From Emiliania huxleyi CCMP1516 (lineage: Eukaryota), in assembly GCF_000372725.1 (NCBI RefSeq), contig NW_005201613.1:278290-342289 (forward strand): a stretch of DNA of 64,000 nucleotides, written 5' to 3'. Shown piece after piece: positions 58,393 through 64,000 of this stretch (positions are counted from its first letter, which is position 1; each line of letters starts with the position of its first letter). Under the pieces are notes generated by a model. That model was not told where the DNA came from. It did no database searches and saw nothing but the letters and a program-made list of their open reading frames with translations. The translations under genes and the position numbers were made by a program.

Positions 58393-59346
58393 GTGCCCAA
58401 GAAGATCGAGGTGTGGGCGCCGGGGCAGTGATGAGAAGGGCGGTAGGGTGCAAGTGACGGTCAGTGTTGCCCCCTTCTCTGACTGCCCCGTGCTATGCGC
58501 CGAGCCCGCGGCTTGCCGCGCGCCCTCCTGCCCCCCTCCGTTGCTGGTCTCGGTCGGAGTGGAGGCCGTGAGGGCCTCCCCCCCGCGCGGCTCGCGCGCG
58601 GGCACGGTCTCCCGCGCATGTGTCGCGCACAGTCATGTCATGTGCTGCGAGATACGCACCCCAGTCCCCACCCCCGCAGCCCGCAGCGGCGCAGGCGCGC
58701 AGCCCCACCCCGCACTGCCGCGGGTCTGCGGGCAGCCGCCGCGGCACAATTTGCGAAAACTGGTGACATAGAGCCGAGCAGAAAGAAAAGAATTCACGAA
58801 TGGCTCGCTGCACTCGCTAATTTCTAGTCAGCAGTCTCTACTCGTAGGGTGGAAGCGCGCCGCCGCCCCTCAGCGCGGGCCCCGCCGCCGCCGACACAGC
58901 CCGCCCCGCGTGCGCGTCACTCCATGCACATGGGATCATGAACATATCCACGCACAACACACCATGGGGCCTGAGAGCATGGTGATCACTGATCTCATGA
59001 GTGAGTGCCAGCCAGAGCGGGAGAGGATGAGATGAGAGCGGGTGAGCGGTGGTTCATCACCCCAGCGCTCCCAGGCCTTGAATATGGTATTGCTAAAAAT
59101 CTCTCTCTCTGAATACCACTCCCCAGGAGAATCAACTGGTAAAAATACCACTCATTTACAATGGCAAGCAGGGCTCTAAAGAAAGAAAGAAACAAAACAC
59201 CAAGGGAGGGATGGGAGAACGGCACGCCGCCACCACACAGGGATTTTAAGGAGAGGAGTGTAAGTTCGGCTCTACGGGACGGTTATTTTTTCTGGTTGTG
59301 CACATCGCGAGCGATCGCTGCGGAACCTTCTGCTCGCATCCACACG

Positions 59347-62300
59347 ATGGACTCTGCCTCGCTCTCCGCCGCCGTGACGGCCGAGATCGAGCGCCAGCAG
59401 GCGCGCTAGACCACCGCACCCCGCGGCGCTGTCCACAGCGCTGCGCGCCAAAGTCGCCGGCCGGCGGGTCACACCGCTGCGGCCGCTCTGCGCCCGCTGC
59501 AGATCTCTGTGAAACTGCAAGAGGGCCACGCTTGCGAACGGCCCGCCTGCGCCGCGCCGCAGCCCTCGCGGTAGGCCTCCAGCCGCCGCCGCCTTGCGCA
59601 GGCGGCCATCAACTACGACGAGCTCAGCCTGGACGAGCTCAAGGTTGTCGTCGCGAGCCTGGTGGAGCGGCTGGAGCTGGCCAAGGCCGCGCTCACGTCC
59701 AAGATGGACACGCCCAAGCTGGTGGCCGCCAAGGTCGAAGGGACCTTTCCGGACCTGCCCTGGGGATGTGCGCGCGCCCAACCACCACTCCTCTCCTGCC
59801 TCTCTGTGCACGGCGCGCTCACCCGCTTCTCCTCTCGCGCGCAGCCCCCGTCGACGCTGAGATGGTGCGCTCCTACCTTGAGAAGAACATGCAGGAGCGG
59901 ATTATGGTGATCGACGGCGCGATGGGCACCACCATCCAGCAGTACAAATTCTCCGAGGAGGACTTCCGCGGCGAGCGCTGGAAGGATATCGACCAGGCAA
60001 CCGCCGCCGATGCCACCCCTCCGACCCTTGCCGCCGCCGGCCCTCTCGCCGCTGGCCTCTCTAGCACGCGGCCGCTCTTCCCTCGCGACACGGCTCCTCG
60101 GCCCGCCGCGCGCCGCAGGAGCTCAAGGGCAACAACGACCTGCTCGTCTTCACGCAGCCCGACACCATCCGCGACATCCACCGCCGCTACTTCCTCGCGG
60201 GCGCCGACATGGTCGAGACAAACACCTTCTCAGGGACGACGATCGCGCAGGCGGACTACAAGATGGAGCACATCGTTTACGAGCTCAACAAGGTGGCCGC
60301 CGAGCTCGCCGTCGACGCCGCCAAGGAGGTGACCCAGCTGGAGCCGCACAAGCCGCGGATGGTTTGCGGCGCAATCGGGCCGACCAACCGGACCCTCTCC
60401 ATCTCGCCGTCGGTGGAGGACCCCGGCTTCCGCAACTGCACCTGGGACGAGGTGGTCACCGCGTACAAGGAGCAGGTCGCCGGCCTGATCGACGGCGGCG
60501 TGCACATCATCCTCGTCGAGACCATCTTCGACACGCTCAACGCCAAGGCGGCGCTGTTTGCGATCGACGAGTACTACGAGGAGTCGGGCTGCCCGCGGCT
60601 GCCCGTCATCATCTCGGGCACCATCGTCGACATGTCCGGCCGCACGCTCTCCGGCCAGACCACCGAGGCCTTCTACGTCTCGGTGCAGCACTCGAAGCCG
60701 CTCTGCATCGGCCTCAACTGCGCGCTCGGCGCGCCGCAGATGCTGCCCTTCATGCAGGCGCTCGCGGGCGTCGCCGAGTGCTTTGTGCACTCGTACCCGA
60801 ACGCCGGGCTGCCCAACGCCATGGGGGGGTACGACGACACGCCCCAGATGTTTTCCGACGCGGTGCGCCAGTTCGCCGAGCTGGGCCTCGTCAACATGCT
60901 CGGCGGCTGCTGCGGCACCACCCCGGAGCACATTGCGTCGCTTGCGCAGATGCTCGACCGCGAAAAGTTCAAGCCGCACGTGCGCAACCCGCTGTGCGAC
61001 AAGATGCGCCTCTCCGGGCTGGAGGCCATCACCGTCGACGCGAACCTCGGCTACGTCAACATCGGCGAGCGGTGCAACATTGCCGGCTCGGCCAAGTTCA
61101 AGAAGCTCATCCTCGACGGCAAGTACGACAAGGGGCTCGAGATTGCGCTCGCGCAGGCCGAGTCGGGCGCGACGGTCATCGACGTCAACATGGACGAAGG
61201 CCTGCTCGACGGCGAGTACGCGATGAAGAAGTTCCTGAACATGCTGATCCCCGAGCCCGACGTCTCCAAGCTGCCCATCTGCGTCGACTCGTCAAAGTTC
61301 CACATCGGCGTCGCGGGGCTCAAGTGCTGCCAGGGTAAGTGCATCTTCAACTCCATCTCGCTCAAGGAGGGCGAGGCCGCCTTCATCAAGAACGCCAAGA
61401 TCGTCAAGCGGTTCGGCGCTGCGGTCGTCGTGATGGCCTTCGACGAGGTGGGCCAGGCGGCCACGTACGAGGACAAGTGCCGCATCTGCAAGCGCGCGCC
61501 GCCTATGCCATCTCCCCTCCTCTCTCTTCTCCTCTCTCTCTTCTCGTTCTCTCTCCCTCTCTCCCTCCCTCTCTCCCTCCCTCCCTCCCTCCCTCCCTCT
61601 CCCTCCCTCCCTCCCTCTCCCTCCCCGAGATGCGCGCCCCTGTCGTGCCTCGGCCTCGCGCAATCTCATGTCATCTCGCGTCACCTCAGGCGCGCGTACG
61701 ACATCCTTGTCGGCCCCGAGGTTGAGTTCCCGCCGCACGACATCATCTTTGACCCCAACATCCTCACCATTGTCGCCGGCGTCGAGGAGCACAACAACTA
61801 CGGCAAGGACTTCATCCTCGCCACAAAGTACATCAAGGAGAACCTGCCCGGCGCGCACATCTCAGGCGGCGTCTCGAACCTCTCCTTCGGCTTTCGCGGG
61901 CTCACGGCGCTAGAAGCGGAATACGGATTTATTGTCTCCCAACCAGCGCTCGAGAGGGCACGTAGTCAACTGTAGTCTGCCGTACTCGGCCGTATTCGCT
62001 GTATTCGCCTCCCTCGTATTCACGCGGTGCTCCGAATACACGGCACGAGACGGTACTCCCGCCCTCATGTCGGCGTACGCACCCACGCAGGCTCACGGCG
62101 CTGCGTGAGGCGATGCACGCAATCTTCCTGTACCACTGCATCCAGAACGGGATGGACTTTGGCATCGTCAACGCGGGCGCGATGCCCATCTACGAGGACA
62201 TCCCGCAGCCGATGCGCCAGTACTGCGAGGAGGTGGTCCTCAACGAGTCGGCCGACGGCGGCCACGTCGAGCGGCTGCTCAAGTTTGCCGAGGAGGAGAA

Positions 62301-64000
62301 GGAGCGCAAGGACGCGGGCGGCGGCAAGGTGGTGAAGAAGGACGCGGCCGAGTGGCGCAACAAGCCCATCAAGGAGCGCCTCGCCCCCGCCCCCGCCTCT
62401 CCCCACCGCCACCTCTCTTCCCTGCCCTCCCTCCCCGCTGCCCTCGCCCGCCGCGGCCCTCACCGCCGCACGCCTCGCGCCCGCAGGAGCGGCTCACCTA
62501 CTCGCTCGTCAAGGGGCTCTCCGAGTTCACGGACGAGGACGTGGAGGAGGCGCGCCAGCTCTTCGCCACGCCGCTCGAGCAACTACACGCGACGTTCCAA
62601 GATTATAGAACTAGGATGCCTTCAGCATGAAACTTCGTTGTCGTTATTTAAGAGTATTAGTCGTACAAACAATGCATCCATCTTGTTATGTAAAGTAGTA
62701 CGCTCCCCTTCCTCGAGGCGGAGAAGACGAAGCGCGCCGCGGAGCGCGCGGCGGCGGGGCTCGCCGAGGAGGAGGAGCAGTGCGGCAAGGGCACGGTCGT
62801 CCTCGCCACCGTCAAGGGTGACGTTCACGACATCGGCAAGAACATCGTCGGCGTCGTGCTCGGCTGCAACAACTTCAAGGTGATCGACTGCGGCGTGATG
62901 CAGCCGTGCTTCAACATCCTCGAGGCGTGCCGCGAGAACAAGGCGCAGATCCTCGGCCTCTCGGGCCTCATCACGCCCTCCCTCGACGAGATGGTCGCCG
63001 TCGCCAAGGAGATGGAGCGGCTGGGCATGAAGATCCCGCTGCTCATCGGCGGCGCCACCACGTCCAAGATGCACACGGCGGTCAAGGTGGCGCCCATGTA
63101 CTCGGGCGTCGCGATGCACGTGCTCGACGCGTCGCGCGCCGTCGGCGTCTGCTCCGCGCTGCTCAACCCCGACCAGCGCGAGGAGATGGTCGAGGACGTC
63201 AACGAGCAGTACGAGGAGCTGCGCGAGGACCACTACGCCTCGCTCGCCTCGCGCAAGTTCAAGACGCTGGAGGAGGCGCGCGAGCTGGGGCTCGGCGTCA
63301 AGTGGGGCAAGGACGCGACGCCGCCGACGCCGCAGCTGGTCGGCACCAAGGTGTACGAGGACTACCCCCTCGAGGAGCTGCTGCCGTACATCGACTGGAA
63401 CCCGTTCTTCCAGGTCTGGCAGCTGCGCGGCAAGTACCCCAACCGCGGCTACCCGAAGATCTTCAACGACGAGACGGTGGGCGAGGAGGCGAAGAAGCTG
63501 CACGCCGACGGCGAGGCGCTGATCGCCGACATCATCAAGAACAAGACGCTCAAGGCGCGCGCCGTCGTCGGCATCTGGCCGGCCAACGCGGTCGGCGACG
63601 ACATCGAGGTGTACGCGGCGGACGGCTCGGGCGCGGTGCGCGGCGTGCTGCACACGCTCCGGCAGCAGGAGGAGCGCGAGGACGACCACTACCTCGCGCT
63701 CTCCGACTTTGTCGCCACCAAGGAGTCGGGCGTCAAGGACTACGTCGGCGGCTTCGCCGTGTCGTGCGGCTTTGGGTGCGAGGAGGTCTGCTCCAAGCTG
63801 CGCGCCGAGGGCGACGACTACCAGGGCATCATGATGGAGGCGGTGGCGGACCGCCTCGCCGAGGCCTTTGCCGAGCTGCTGCACCACAAGATGCGCAAGG
63901 AGCTCTGGGGCTACGCGCCCGACGAGGCGCTCTCGGCCGACGACATGCTCAAGGTCAAGTACCAGGGCATCCGGCCGGCGCCCGGCTACCCGACGCAGCC
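59347..64000 (+). CDS. METH: Cobalamin-dependent methionine synthase, multi-exon, continues past window end
   Basis: DGAMGTTIQ, LKGNNDLL, GGCCGTTPEHI, IGERCNIAGSAKF, ATVKGDVHDIGKNIV (B12-binding DxHxxG), GIRPAPGYP. Confidence 0.97.

Overview
GC-rich, intron-containing eukaryotic DNA with three assembly gaps (about 12876-13529, 15453-16173, 40985-41084). Frequent GC-AG introns, the intronic repeat types and TTAGGG repeats suggest a haptophyte such as Emiliania/Gephyrocapsa huxleyi; this is inference. Recognisable genes: a class I glutamine amidotransferase that may run into an aldehyde dehydrogenase, head-to-head with a TauD dioxygenase; a large Cys-rich/multi-TM/TIR receptor-like gene; SRP72; F-box/RCC1; an SDR; an LVIVD-like propeller surface protein; MsrB; prenylcysteine oxidase; a UAA-family nucleotide-sugar/PAPS transporter; CDIN1; several glycosyltransferase-like ORFs; ankyrin genes; and B12-dependent methionine synthase METH, which runs off the window end. 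Non-coding structure includes three MITE-like elements with TIRs and 7-8 bp TSDs, a CRE-like non-LTR fragment, dispersed repeats (one sits about 90-100 bp upstream of several start codons), an interstitial telomeric tract, and introns whose 5' ends duplicate the start of the next exon. Exon boundaries were read by eye and are approximate.
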